From Escherichia coli (lineage in GTDB: Bacteria > Pseudomonadota > Gammaproteobacteria > Enterobacterales > Enterobacteriaceae), in the NCBI RefSeq assembly GCF_050920415.1, contig NZ_CP169309.1: 64,000 nt of DNA; one strand, given 5' to 3'. Within the stretch, counting starts at the first letter, position 1, and every line of letters starts with the position of its first letter. Position numbers and translations under genes: made by a program. This document shows, piece by piece, positions 24,717 through 42,269 of the stretch. The notes under the pieces are model-generated. The model searched no databases. It was not told where the DNA came from and saw only the letters and a list, made by a program, of their open reading frames with translations.

Positions 24717-27344
24717 ATGAGCGACCTTGCGAGAGAAATTACACCGGTCAACATTGAGGAAGAGCTGAAGAGCTCCTATCTGGATTATGCGATGTCGGTC
24801 ATTGTTGGCCGTGCGCTGCCGGATGTCCGAGATGGCCTGAAGCCGGTACACCGTCGCGTACTTTACGCCATGAACGTACTAGGCAATGACTGGAACAAAG
24901 CCTATAAAAAATCTGCCCGTGTCGTTGGTGACGTAATCGGTAAATACCATCCCCATGGTGACTCGGCGGTTTATGACACGATCGTCCGTATGGCGCAGCC
25001 ATTCTCGCTGCGTTACATGCTGGTAGACGGTCAGGGTAACTTCGGTTCCATCGACGGCGACTCTGCGGCGGCAATGCGTTATACGGAAATCCGTCTGGCG
25101 AAAATTGCCCATGAACTGATGGCCGATCTCGAAAAAGAGACGGTCGATTTCGTTGATAACTATGACGGCACGGAAAAAATTCCGGACGTCATGCCGACCA
25201 AAATTCCTAACCTGCTGGTGAACGGTTCTTCCGGTATCGCCGTAGGTATGGCAACCAACATCCCGCCACACAACCTGACGGAAGTCATCAACGGTTGTCT
25301 GGCGTATATCGATGATGAAGACATCAGCATTGAAGGGCTGATGGAACACATCCCGGGGCCGGACTTCCCGACGGCGGCAATCATTAACGGTCGTCGCGGT
25401 ATCGAAGAAGCTTACCGTACCGGTCGCGGCAAGGTATATATCCGCGCCCGTGCGGAAGTGGAAGTTGACGCCAAAACCGGGCGTGAAACCATTATCGTCC
25501 ACGAAATTCCGTATCAGGTGAACAAAGCGCGCCTGATCGAAAAAATTGCGGAACTGGTAAAAGAAAAACGCGTGGAAGGCATCAGCGCGCTGCGTGACGA
25601 GTCTGACAAAGACGGTATGCGCATCGTGATTGAAGTCAAACGCGATGCGGTCGGTGAAGTGGTGCTCAACAACCTCTACTCCCAGACCCAGTTGCAGGTT
25701 TCTTTCGGTATCAACATGGTGGCATTGCACCATGGTCAGCCGAAGATCATGAACCTGAAAGACATCATCGCTGCGTTTGTTCGTCACCGCCGTGAAGTGG
25801 TGACCCGTCGTACTATTTTCGAACTGCGTAAAGCTCGCGATCGTGCTCATATCCTTGAAGCATTAGCCGTGGCGCTGGCGAACATCGACCCGATCATCGA
25901 ACTGATCCGTCATGCGCCGACGCCTGCAGAAGCGAAAACGGCGCTGGTTGCTAATCCGTGGCAGCTGGGCAACGTTGCCGCGATGCTGGAACGTGCGGGC
26001 GATGATGCTGCGCGTCCGGAATGGCTGGAGCCAGAGTTCGGCGTGCGTGACGGTCTGTACTACCTGACCGAACAGCAAGCTCAGGCAATTCTGGATCTGC
26101 GTCTGCAGAAACTGACCGGCCTTGAGCACGAAAAACTGCTCGATGAATACAAAGAGCTGCTGGATCAGATCGCGGAACTGTTGCGTATTCTTGGTAGCGC
26201 CGATCGTCTGATGGAAGTGATCCGCGAAGAGCTGGAGCTGGTTCGTGAACAGTTCGGTGACAAACGTCGTACTGAAATCACCGCCAACAGCGCAGACATC
26301 AACCTGGAAGATCTGATTACTCAGGAAGATGTGGTAGTGACGCTCTCTCACCAGGGCTACGTGAAGTACCAGCCGCTTTCTGAATACGAAGCGCAGCGTC
26401 GTGGCGGGAAAGGTAAATCTGCCGCACGTATTAAAGAAGAAGACTTTATTGACCGACTGCTGGTGGCGAACACCCACGACCATATTCTGTGCTTCTCCAG
26501 CCGTGGTCGCGTCTATTCGATGAAAGTCTATCAGTTGCCGGAAGCCACTCGTGGCGCGCGCGGTCGTCCGATCGTCAACCTGCTGCCGCTGGAGCAGGAC
26601 GAACGTATCACCGCGATCCTGCCGGTGACTGAGTTTGAAGAAGGTGTGAAAGTCTTCATGGCGACCGCTAACGGTACTGTGAAGAAAACCGTCCTCACCG
26701 AGTTCAACCGTCTGCGTACCGCTGGTAAAGTGGCGATCAAACTGGTTGACGGCGATGAGCTGATCGGCGTTGACCTGACCAGCGGCGAAGACGAAGTAAT
26801 GCTGTTCTCCGCTGAAGGTAAAGTGGTGCGCTTTAAAGAGTCTTCTGTCCGTGCGATGGGCTGCAACACCACCGGTGTTCGCGGTATTCGCTTAGGTGAA
26901 GGCGATAAAGTCGTCTCTCTGATCGTACCGCGTGGCGATGGCGCAATTCTCACCGCAACGCAAAACGGTTACGGTAAACGTACTGCGGTAGCGGAATACC
27001 CGACTAAGTCGCGTGCGACGAAAGGGGTTATCTCCATCAAGGTTACCGAACGTAACGGTTTAGTGGTTGGCGCGGTGCAGGTAGATGACTGCGACCAGAT
27101 CATGATGATCACCGATGCCGGTACGCTGGTACGTACTCGCGTTTCTGAAATCAGCATCGTGGGCCGTAACACCCAGGGCGTGATCCTTATCCGTACTGCG
27201 GAAGATGAAAACGTGGTGGGTCTGCAACGTGTTGCTGAACCGGTTGACGAGGAAGATCTGGATACCATCGACGGCAGTGCTGCGGAAGGGGACGATGAAA
27301 TCGCTCCGGAAGTGGACGTTGACGACGAGCCAGAAGAAGAATAA
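24717..27344 (+). CDS. gyrA: DNA gyrase subunit A
   Basis: 875-aa ORF; catalytic Tyr region ([10 protein letters not shown]), QRDR ([11 protein letters not shown]) and acidic C-terminal tail. Confidence 0.97.
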
Positions 27345-27362
27345 TTTCATCGCCTCATGCCA

Positions 27363-27386
27363 AAAGGGAGTTATCTCCCTTTTTTG
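27363..27386 (+). terminator. Rho-independent terminator after gyrA
   Basis: aaagggagttatctccc followed by TTTTTT: GC stem, short loop and T-run 18 nt after the gyrA stop. Confidence 0.7.
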
Positions 27387-27484
27387 AATTGAAGTCCAGG
27401 CTGCAAAGTCTGGGCTTTTGTCGTATTAGGGCGCGGTAAAGTTTTGCTGTACCCATAAAAAATGGCTGGCTTTACACAAGGAAT

Positions 27485-34337
<6,853 letters not shown>

Positions 34338-35987
34338 GTGAACTGGCGCAGAATCGTCTGGCTATTAGCGTTGGTTACTCTGCCTACGCTTGCGGAGGAG
34401 ACGCCGTTACAACTGGCGCTGCGGGGCGCGCAGCACGATCAACTGTATCAGCTGTCGTCATCAGGCGTGACCAAAGTCTCGGCATTACCTGACACACTCA
34501 CCACGCCGTTAGGGAGTTTGTGGAAACTGTATGTTTACGCCTGGCTGGAGGATACCCATCAACCAGAGCAGCCCTACCAGTGTCGCGGAAACTCCCCGGA
34601 AGAGGTTTATTGTTGTCAGGCTGGGGAGAGCATAACGCGCGATACCGCGCTGGTACGCTCCTGTGGACTCTATTTTGCGCCGCAACGGTTGCATATTGGT
34701 GCAGATGTTTGGGGGCAATACTGGCAACAGCGTCAGGCACCTGCGTGGTTAGCGTCTCTTCCGACGCTGAAGCCAGAAACCTCGGTAACGGTTAAATCGC
34801 TGCTTGATTCATTAGCGACGTTACCCGCGCAAAACAAAGCTCAGGAAATCTTACTGGATGTGGTGCTGGACGAGGCGAAAATCGGTGTCGCATCCATGCT
34901 CGGTAGTCGGGTAAGGGTAAAAACCTGGAGCTGGTTTGCCGATGATAAACAGGAAATCCGTCAGGGTGGTGTTGCCGGCTGGTTAACGGATGGTACACCG
35001 CTGTGGGTTACTGGCAGTGGCACCAGCAAAACGGTACTGACCCGTTATGCGACGGTGCTTAATCGGGTATTGCCAGTGCCGACGCAAGTTGCCAGTGGGC
35101 AATGTGTAGAGGTGGAGCTGTTTGCCCGTTATCCGCTGAAGAAAATCACGGCGGAAAAGAGTACGACAGCAGTAAAACCCGGCGTACTTAATGGGCGCTA
35201 TCGTGTGACGTTTGCCAATGGTAACCACATTACGTTTGTCAGCCACGGTGAGACGACCTTACTGACAGAAAAGGGCAAACTGAAATTGCAGTCGCATCTT
35301 GATCGTGAAGAGTACGTTGCCAGAGCACTGGATCGCGAGGCGAAAAGTACGCCCCCTGAGGCAGCGAAAGCTATGACCGTGGCGATTCGCACTTTTTTAC
35401 AGCAAAACGCCAATCGGGAAGGCGATTGCCTGACCATCCCTGACAGCAGCGCCACGCAGCGTGTTTCTGCTTCGCCAGCTACCACGGGGGCGCGAATGAT
35501 GACCGCCTGGACGCAGGATCTCATCTATGCGGGCGACCCGGTCCATTATCACGACAGTCGCGCTACCGAAGGGACGCTTTCCTGGCGGCAAGCCACCGCC
35601 CAGGCGGGGCAGGGAGAGCGTTACGACCAGATACTCGCGTTTGCTTATCCCGACAACAGCCTTAGCCGCTGGGGATCGCCACGCTCAACCTGCCAGTTAT
35701 TACCCAAAGCGAAAGCCTGGCTGGCGAAAAAAATGCCGCAGTGGCGGCGTATGTTACAAGGCGAGACGGGGTACAACGAACCAGACGTGTTTGCGGTCTG
35801 TCGTTTAGTCTCAGGTTTCCCCTATACCGATCGGCAGCAGAAACGGCTGTTTATTCGTAACTTCTTTACGCTTCAGGATCGGCTGGATTTAACCCATGAG
35901 TATCTGCACCTGGCCTTTGATGGTTATCCCACCGGGCTTGATGAGAACTATATCGAAACGCTGACCCGACAATTATTAATGGACTAA
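34338..35987 (+). CDS. yfaQ: YfaQ (DUF2300-type) protein
   Basis: 549-aa ORF starting at GTG 34338 immediately after the yfaS stop, with AGGTGA RBS inside the yfaS 3' end; N-terminal signal peptide (IVWLLALVTLPTLA). Confidence 0.75.
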   Translation: MNWRRIVWLLALVTLPTLAEETPLQLALRGAQHDQLYQLSSSGVTKVSALPDTLTTPLGSLWKLYVYAWLEDTHQPEQPYQCRGNSPEEVYCCQAGESITRDTALVRSCGLYFAPQRLHIGADVWGQYWQQRQAPAWLASLPTLKPETSVTVKSLLDSLATLPAQNKAQEILLDVVLDEAKIGVASMLGSRVRVKTWSWFADDKQEIRQGGVAGWLTDGTPLWVTGSGTSKTVLTRYATVLNRVLPVPTQVASGQCVEVELFARYPLKKITAEKSTTAVKPGVLNGRYRVTFANGNHITFVSHGETTLLTEKGKLKLQSHLDREEYVARALDREAKSTPPEAAKAMTVAIRTFLQQNANREGDCLTIPDSSATQRVSASPATTGARMMTAWTQDLIYAGDPVHYHDSRATEGTLSWRQATAQAGQGERYDQILAFAYPDNSLSRWGSPRSTCQLLPKAKAWLAKKMPQWRRMLQGETGYNEPDVFAVCRLVSGFPYTDRQQKRLFIRNFFTLQDRLDLTHEYLHLAFDGYPTGLDENYIETLTRQLLMD

Positions 35988-35991
35988 TGCT

Positions 35992-36768
35992 ATGCGAAAG
36001 ATTTTTCTTCCGTTGTTACTGGTGGCGCTTTCGCCTGTTGCCCATGGCGAAGGTGTGCAGGAAGTCGAGATTGATGCACCGCTCTCTGGCTGGCATCCGG
36101 CAGAGGGTGAAGATGCCAGTTTTTCACAATCGATCAATTACCCGGCGTCGTCCGTCAACATGGCAGATGATCAAAATATCTCAGCGCAGATCCGCGGCAA
36201 AATAAAGAATTATGCGGCGGCGGGTAAAGTTCAGCAGGGCCGGTTGGTGGTCAACGGTGCCAGTATGCCGCAGAGAATTGAATCCGATGGTTCATTTGCA
36301 CGCCCTTATATTTTCACTGAAGGCAGCAACAGCGTGCAGGTCATCAGCCCAGATGGGCAAAGCCGACAAAAAATGCAGTTTTACTCAACGCCGGGGGCTG
36401 GAGTGATCCGCGCGCGTTTACGGCTGGTTCTCTCGTGGGATACGGACAATACCGACCTCGATCTTCATGTTGTCACGCCGGATGGTGAACACGCCTGGTA
36501 CGGTAACACGGTGCTGAAAAACAGTGGTGCACTGGATATGGATGTCACGACGGGTTACGGACCGGAGATTTTCGCCATGCCAGCGCCAGTTCACGGGCGC
36601 TATCAGGTATATATCAACTACTATGGTGGACGCAGTGAAACGGAATTGACGACCGCCCAACTGACGCTGATCACCGATGAAGGATCGGTTAATGAGAAAC
36701 AGGAAACATTTATTGTACCGATGCGTAATGCTGGCGAACTGACGCTGGTGAAAAGTTTTGACTGGTGA
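35992..36768 (+). CDS. yfaP: YfaP (DUF2135-type) protein
   Basis: 258-aa ORF 4 nt after yfaQ; signal peptide (MRKIFLPLLLVALSPVAHG). Confidence 0.75.
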   Translation: MRKIFLPLLLVALSPVAHGEGVQEVEIDAPLSGWHPAEGEDASFSQSINYPASSVNMADDQNISAQIRGKIKNYAAAGKVQQGRLVVNGASMPQRIESDGSFARPYIFTEGSNSVQVISPDGQSRQKMQFYSTPGAGVIRARLRLVLSWDTDNTDLDLHVVTPDGEHAWYGNTVLKNSGALDMDVTTGYGPEIFAMPAPVHGRYQVYINYYGGRSETELTTAQLTLITDEGSVNEKQETFIVPMRNAGELTLVKSFDW

Positions 36769-36801
36769 TTACTGAGGTTATCTTTACTGTCAATGTTCAA
36801 G

Positions 36802-36836
36802 AAAACGCCCGATGACTTTCGCTATCGGGCGTTTTT
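36802..36836. terminator. Bidirectional rho-independent terminator between convergent yfaP and atoB
   Basis: aaaacgcccgat...atcgggcgttttt: 9-bp GC-rich stem flanked by A-run and T-run, able to terminate both strands. Confidence 0.7.
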
Positions 36837-36841
36837 ACATG

Positions 36842-38026
36842 TTAATTCAATCGTTCAATCACCATCGCAATTCCTTGACCGCCGCCAATGCACAACGTTG
36901 CCAGACCCAGCGTTTTATCGCGTGCCTGCATTGCATGTAATAGTGTGACCAGAATACGCGCACCGCTGGCGCCGATAGGATGCCCCAGCGCGATGGCCCC
37001 GCCGTTGACATTCACTTTCTCAGGATCAAAGCCCAGTGTTTTCCCAACGGCAAGGAATTGCGCGGCAAATGCTTCATTGGCTTCGATAAGATCAATGTCT
37101 GCCAGCTGCAGCCCCGCCAGTTGTAACGCTTTTTGCGTGGCAGGCACTGGTCCCATACCCATCAATGCGGGGGGCACGCCGCCGCTGGCATAACTTTTAA
37201 TACGTGCCAGGGGATTCAGGCCTGCTGCCAGCGCCGCGGATTCTTCCATAATCACCAGAGCGGCAGCACCGTCGTTAATACCTGACGCGTTCCCGGCGGT
37301 GACAGTACCTGCTTTATCGAAGGCCGGACGCAATGCAGCCAGAGCTTCTGTAGTAGAATCTGGTTTCGGGAATTCGTCTTGACTGAAGACGAGGGTTTTC
37401 TTCCGGGTGACAACATTTACCGGGACGATTTCGGCTGTAAAAGCACCGGACTCAATTGCGGCAACCGCTTTACGCTGTGAATGTAGCGCCAGTTCATCCT
37501 GCATTTCGCGGGTAATCCCGTACTCCTTAGCCACGTTTTCGGCGGTAATTCCCATATGATAACCATGGGTGGCGCACATCAGGCCATCGCGCAGGATTAC
37601 GTCATAAACCTGTCCGTCTCCCAGACGATAACCCGATCGCGCTTTTGCATCGAGTAAGTAGGGCGCTAAACTCATATTTTCCATACCCCCCGCCACAATG
37701 CTCTGCGCCTGACCTGCCTGAATTGCCTGGGCGGCAAGCGCCACGCTTTTCAGACCCGAACCACACACCTTATTGACCGTGAATCCGCACACCGTTTCGG
37801 CCAGTCCGCTTTTTAACAGTGCCTGACGCGCCGGATTTTGCCCCAGCCCGGCTTGCAACACGTTACCCATAATCACTTCATCGATATGTTGTGAATCGAT
37901 TTTTGCGCGTTCAATAGCGGCCTGAATTACTGTTGCTCCCAGATCGATGGCGCTGGTGGAGGCGAGTGAACCATTAAAACTACCGATGGCAGTACGTACC
38001 GCACTGACGATGACACAATTTTTCAT
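36842..38026 (-). CDS. atoB: Acetyl-CoA acetyltransferase (thiolase II)
   Basis: 394-aa minus-strand ORF; thiolase signatures ([21 protein letters not shown]..., C-terminal CIGGGQG). Confidence 0.93.
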   Translation of the reverse strand: MKNCVIVSAVRTAIGSFNGSLASTSAIDLGATVIQAAIERAKIDSQHIDEVIMGNVLQAGLGQNPARQALLKSGLAETVCGFTVNKVCGSGLKSVALAAQAIQAGQAQSIVAGGMENMSLAPYLLDAKARSGYRLGDGQVYDVILRDGLMCATHGYHMGITAENVAKEYGITREMQDELALHSQRKAVAAIESGAFTAEIVPVNVVTRKKTLVFSQDEFPKPDSTTEALAALRPAFDKAGTVTAGNASGINDGAAALVIMEESAALAAGLNPLARIKSYASGGVPPALMGMGPVPATQKALQLAGLQLADIDLIEANEAFAAQFLAVGKTLGFDPEKVNVNGGAIALGHPIGASGARILVTLLHAMQARDKTLGLATLCIGGGQGIAMVIERLN

Positions 38027-38056
38027 TTTATATTCCTTCTGTCTGTAAAGTTGCCG

Positions 38057-39379
38057 TCAGAACAGCGTTAAACCAATGACGAAAATGACGCCGGAGAAGA
38101 GCAGGGCAGTGATGCAATAGCCCATGATGTCGCGGACACCGAGTCCGGCGATTGCCAGTGCTGGCAGCGCCCAGAACGGTTGTGCCATGTTCATCCATTG
38201 CTCGCCGTAGGCGATCGCCATTACCGATTTACCGAGATCGGCTCCCAGCGCCTGGGCTGCGGGTATCACGAAAGGTCCCTGAATAACCCAGTGACCGCCG
38301 CCAGACGGAACGGCGAAGTTAATCAGTGCAGAACTAAAGAAGGTCATTACCGGGAAGGTGTCTTTGTTCGCAACATTGATGAAGAATTCAGTAATGAGTC
38401 CGCCCAGACCGGAGTGCTCCATCATCAGTTGGATCCCGGCGTAGAAGGGGAATTGCACCAGAATACCGGCGGTACTGCGTGCTGCCGCGCTGATAGCACG
38501 CATATAAGCCATTGGCGTTTTATGTAGCAGCAGACCCGCAATCATAAACATCAGGTTGACGGTATTGATGGTGATGTTGAAGCCATGTTCGCTGAAGTAC
38601 ATCGCCAGGTAAGCGATACCGAGTGCGCCGATGATCAACGTCAGGATGCGACTTTCCTCCAGTCGCTCGGATGGTGGGGCATCTTTCGGTAGCTGCTTCT
38701 GAAAATCAGCCTCTTCCATGAGTAGTTTCGGATCGATACTCACCACGTCGGAGGGTTTTGGCATCATCATGCGGGTAATAAATGGCATCACCACAATCAA
38801 TGCCACAGTGATGAAAATGTTAAAACCACTGAACAGAGTATCGCCCACCGGGATAAGCCCGGCGATATGCTCAACCGGATTGCCCGGTGTGGCAGCCAAC
38901 AGAGGCATTGAACCAGAGAAACCGCCACCCCAGGTAAGAAAACCAATGTAGGCGCAGGCAATGAGCAACGGATAATCAGAACCGGGTACTCGCCGGGCGA
39001 CTTCACGGGCGAACATTGCTCCGACAACCAGACCAAATCCCCAGTTGATGACACAAGCGACTGAACCGAAGAAAGTGACCAGCATGACGCCCTGTACGGG
39101 CGTCTTTGCGGCGGAAGCGGCAGTACGCAGCAAGCTTTTCACCGGAGCAGAGCTGGCAAGGGCATGACCGGTAACGATGATAAGCGCCATCTGCATACCG
39201 AACGCCAGCAAGTTCCAGAAACCGTCCCCCCACATTTTCACCATGCTGATCGGCGTTTGTGGTGTTAACCAAAGCGCGATCACGAACGTTAGCAATGTCA
39301 GCAACATGGCAAAGATCAGTGGATCGGGAAGCCACCGGCTGACAAAACGCGTCATAAAACGCGAAATGCGACCAATCAT
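38057..39379 (-). CDS. atoE: Short-chain fatty acid transporter
   Basis: 440-aa polytopic membrane ORF between atoA and atoB; overlaps the atoA stop by 4 nt. Confidence 0.9.
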   Translation of the reverse strand: MIGRISRFMTRFVSRWLPDPLIFAMLLTLLTFVIALWLTPQTPISMVKMWGDGFWNLLAFGMQMALIIVTGHALASSAPVKSLLRTAASAAKTPVQGVMLVTFFGSVACVINWGFGLVVGAMFAREVARRVPGSDYPLLIACAYIGFLTWGGGFSGSMPLLAATPGNPVEHIAGLIPVGDTLFSGFNIFITVALIVVMPFITRMMMPKPSDVVSIDPKLLMEEADFQKQLPKDAPPSERLEESRILTLIIGALGIAYLAMYFSEHGFNITINTVNLMFMIAGLLLHKTPMAYMRAISAAARSTAGILVQFPFYAGIQLMMEHSGLGGLITEFFINVANKDTFPVMTFFSSALINFAVPSGGGHWVIQGPFVIPAAQALGADLGKSVMAIAYGEQWMNMAQPFWALPALAIAGLGVRDIMGYCITALLFSGVIFVIGLTLF

Positions 39380-40026
39380 AAATCACCCCGCTGCGTATTC
39401 AGATCGGCGGCGACTTCAAACTGAGCTTCGGTTTTGGCACGCACGGTGGCTAAATCACACCCGTCGGCAATTTCGGTGAGCCACATTTTGCCGTCAATGA
39501 AACGAAAGACTGCCAGTTCAGTGACCAGCATATGCACCGCGTGTTGCGCAGTGAGCGGCATTGTGCAGCGGCGCAAAATTTTTGCTGAACCATCTTTGGC
39601 GCAATGTTCCATGGCAATGATCACTTTGCGTGCCCCGGTCACCAGATCCATCGCGCCACCCATACCGGGCACCATTTTTCCAGGCACTACCCAGTTCGCG
39701 AGGTTGGCTTCTTCGTCTACCTGCAAACCACCGAGTACGCAGGCATCAATATGACCACCACGAATCAGCGCAAACGACATTGCGCTGTCGAACATCGCTG
39801 CGCCGGGTAAAATGCCGCATGGTTGCCCGCCAGCGTTCACCAGATCTGGATGCGCTGTAGTGACTGGGCCTAAACCGAGGAAGCCATTTTCCGATTGCAG
39901 AGTGATATGAATATCCTCCGGTAAATAATTGGCGACCATTGTGGGTAAACCGATCCCTAAGTTAACGATGTCACCATCACGAAGCTCTTGCGCCACACGG
40001 CGTGCAATACGTTGTTTCGCATCCAT
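39376..40026 (-). CDS. atoA: Acetate CoA-transferase beta subunit
   Basis: 216-aa ORF with the CoA-transferase family I beta-subunit pattern (…SENG…). Confidence 0.92.
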   Translation of the reverse strand: MDAKQRIARRVAQELRDGDIVNLGIGLPTMVANYLPEDIHITLQSENGFLGLGPVTTAHPDLVNAGGQPCGILPGAAMFDSAMSFALIRGGHIDACVLGGLQVDEEANLANWVVPGKMVPGMGGAMDLVTGARKVIIAMEHCAKDGSAKILRRCTMPLTAQHAVHMLVTELAVFRFIDGKMWLTEIADGCDLATVRAKTEAQFEVAADLNTQRGDL

Positions 40027-40688
40027 TATTTGCTCTCCTGTGAAACGATGATGTGGTCGATAACGGCACCAGGGGTGACAATATGGTCAGGTTGCAGTTC
40101 GCCGGTTTCGACCAGTTCATCTGGCTCCACCAGCGTGATATCAGCCGCAAGGGCAATCAGGGGGTTAAAGTTGCGGGCGCTAAGTTGGTAGGTCAGGTTG
40201 CCAAGTGTGTCGCAACGATGGGCGCGAATGAGCGCCAGGTCGGCGCGCAGTGGACGTTCAAGCAGCCAGGTTTTACCGTCGAGTGTCAGCGTCTGTTTGC
40301 CTTCCTCTACGACGGTGCCGACACCAGTTGGCGTGAGAAAACCACCAAGTCCAGCTCCACCACAGCGAATTTGCTCAATCAATGTACCTTGCGGTACGAG
40401 AACGACCTCCATTTCGCCAGAAATCATGCGCCGTCCGGTTTCCGGGTTGGTGCCGATATGTGAAGCAATTACTTTGCGGACTCGACCATTGACGATGAGC
40501 GGACCGATGCCGGTATCAACAAACGCGGTATCATTGGCTATCAATGTCAGGTCGCGAACACCAGATTCCAGTAATGCTTCCACCAGGCGGGATGGAGTGC
40601 CAATTCCCATAAATCCGCCCACCATGATGGTCATGCCGTCACGAAAGAAGCTGGAGGCGTCTTGTAATGTCATCAATTTTGTTTTCAT
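40026..40688 (-). CDS. atoD: Acetate CoA-transferase alpha subunit
   Basis: 220-aa ORF; CoA-transferase alpha-subunit N-terminus ([11 protein letters not shown]...GGFMGIGTP). Confidence 0.92.
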   Translation of the reverse strand: MKTKLMTLQDASSFFRDGMTIMVGGFMGIGTPSRLVEALLESGVRDLTLIANDTAFVDTGIGPLIVNGRVRKVIASHIGTNPETGRRMISGEMEVVLVPQGTLIEQIRCGGAGLGGFLTPTGVGTVVEEGKQTLTLDGKTWLLERPLRADLALIRAHRCDTLGNLTYQLSARNFNPLIALAADITLVEPDELVETGELQPDHIVTPGAVIDHIIVSQESK

Positions 40689-40733
40689 TATTTATCCCTC
40701 TTGCATACACCGTTGTGGGTACAGTCAGGGAAT

Positions 40734-40750
40734 AGCAAGGGGAGTGCCAG
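40734..40750 (-). promoter_or_regulatory. Sigma-54 (-24/-12) promoter of atoDAEB
   Basis: Minus strand reads cTGGCACtccccTTGCt, matching the sigma-54 consensus TGGCAC-N5-TTGCW; about 45 nt upstream of the atoD start; atoC encodes a sigma-54 activator. Confidence 0.75.
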
Positions 40751-40832
40751 AATGAAAATGTTTGATATTGTTTTTTAACTTATTGAATAGTAAAGAATAA
40801 ATAAGGTGGGGATTAAGAGGTTGAATGAACGG

Positions 40833-40871
40833 CTATGCAGAAATTTGCGCACTGTGCAAATTTCTGCATAG
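40833..40871. promoter_or_regulatory. Near-perfect palindrome; candidate AtoC enhancer (UAS) for the ato promoter
   Basis: ctatgcagaaatttgcgcactgtgcaaatttctgcatag is an almost perfect 39-bp inverted repeat about 90-130 nt upstream of the sigma-54 promoter, abutting the atoC 3' end. Confidence 0.65.
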
Positions 40872-40883
40872 CAAGTTTTGGCG

Positions 40884-42269
40884 TTATACATCCGCCGGAT
40901 CGATACCGTATTCCTGGAGTTTATACATCAATGCACGGCGACTGATGCCCAGCATTAAAGCAGTGCGGGTTCGGTTTCCTTCTTGTTGTTCCAGCACTTC
41001 CATAATGATGCGTTTTTCGACGCGTTTAATTTCCTCTTTTAAATTACGCTCACCGACAGGGGCTGTTTTTGCTTCACCAGCACTACAGACTGGCTGACGA
41101 ATCTGCGGCGGAAGATCCTCAGAAAAAATGATCGGGCCTGAATTCATCACGACGGCGCGTTCAATAACGTTGGAAAGCTCTCGAATATTTCCCGGCCATG
41201 ACCATGCGGTAAGCAGTGACATTGCCATCGGATCGATGTCGATAATATCGCGCTGATTCTCACTACTGAATTTTTGCAAAAAGTGATTAGCTAACAGGGA
41301 AATATCTTCCCGGCGATCGCGCAGAGGCGGCAGTATTAAATGAATAACGTTAAGGCGATAAAAGAGATCTTCACGGAATGTGCCTTCTTTCACCATTGCC
41401 TGCAAGTCGCGGTTGGTGGCAGCAATGATGCGGATATCAACTTTTATGGTCTGATGGCCGCCAATCCGTTCAAATTCCCGTTCCTGCAGAATGCGTAGTA
41501 ATTTGGCTTGCAGTACCAGCGGCATTTCGCCAATTTCGTCGAGGAGCAGAGTACCTTCGTTGGCACGTTCAAATAATCCCTGACGCAAGGTTTGTGCACC
41601 AGTAAATGCGCCTTTTTCATGACCAAACAGTTCACTTTCGAGCAACGATTCCGGCAGTGCCGCGCAGTTGACTTTAATGAACGGCCCCTTTGCCCGCCGC
41701 GAATTGTAGTGAATCGCTCTGGCAATCAACTCTTTCCCGGTGCCGCTTTCACCGCTAATCAAGACGCTGGCCTGAGAAAGGGCAATTTTGGCGGTGTCTT
41801 TGCAGATGTCCATCATCGCCGGGCTGTTGGTGAGAATGTGCCCCCATTGCCAGCTGGTGCTAAGTGCCTGGTGCAGATGACGGATCTCTTTTTTCATTGA
41901 CTGGAGTTGTAAAGCGCGCTGAACGATTAAATTCAACTCATCGAGATCAAACGGTTTGATAACATAGTCGAAGGCTCCGCAGCGTAGTGCTTCGACGGCG
42001 GTTTCCACTTCAGCATAGGCCGTCATCAGAATAACGGGTGTCCGTGTCTCATGGCTGCGCATCTCCTTTAGTGCCTTGATGCCGTCCATCTCTGGCATGC
42101 GGATATCCATCAACACCACGTCAGGGTGAATATCGGCAAACAGGTGTAATGCTGTGCGCCCGTTGTTCGCACAATGTGTTTCGAATCCTTGAAGTGCAAA
42201 AGCGGTGCTCAGCATACGGCGAACATTATCTTCATCATCCACAATAAGGATGCGATTAATAGCAGTCAT
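40884..42269 (-). CDS. atoC: Sigma-54-dependent response regulator AtoC (NtrC family)
   Basis: 461-aa ORF: receiver domain (ILIVDDEDNVRRML...D), AAA+ sigma-54 interaction domain (GESGTGKE Walker A, GAFTGA) and C-terminal HTH. Confidence 0.93.
   Translation of the reverse strand: MTAINRILIVDDEDNVRRMLSTAFALQGFETHCANNGRTALHLFADIHPDVVLMDIRMPEMDGIKALKEMRSHETRTPVILMTAYAEVETAVEALRCGAFDYVIKPFDLDELNLIVQRALQLQSMKKEIRHLHQALSTSWQWGHILTNSPAMMDICKDTAKIALSQASVLISGESGTGKELIARAIHYNSRRAKGPFIKVNCAALPESLLESELFGHEKGAFTGAQTLRQGLFERANEGTLLLDEIGEMPLVLQAKLLRILQEREFERIGGHQTIKVDIRIIAATNRDLQAMVKEGTFREDLFYRLNVIHLILPPLRDRREDISLLANHFLQKFSSENQRDIIDIDPMAMSLLTAWSWPGNIRELSNVIERAVVMNSGPIIFSEDLPPQIRQPVCSAGEAKTAPVGERNLKEEIKRVEKRIIMEVLEQQEGNRTRTALMLGISRRALMYKLQEYGIDPADV

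Noticed and set aside
24879-25850. Long antisense ORFs inside known genes (for example 323 aa opposite gyrA; also 51479..52549 opposite ompC, 20140..21249 opposite nrdA, 60896..61795 opposite napA, 25863..26483 opposite gyrA)
   Set aside because: They lie wholly within well-supported genes on the other strand, have no convincing RBS, and give low-complexity Arg/His/Val-rich translations typical of spurious antisense frames.
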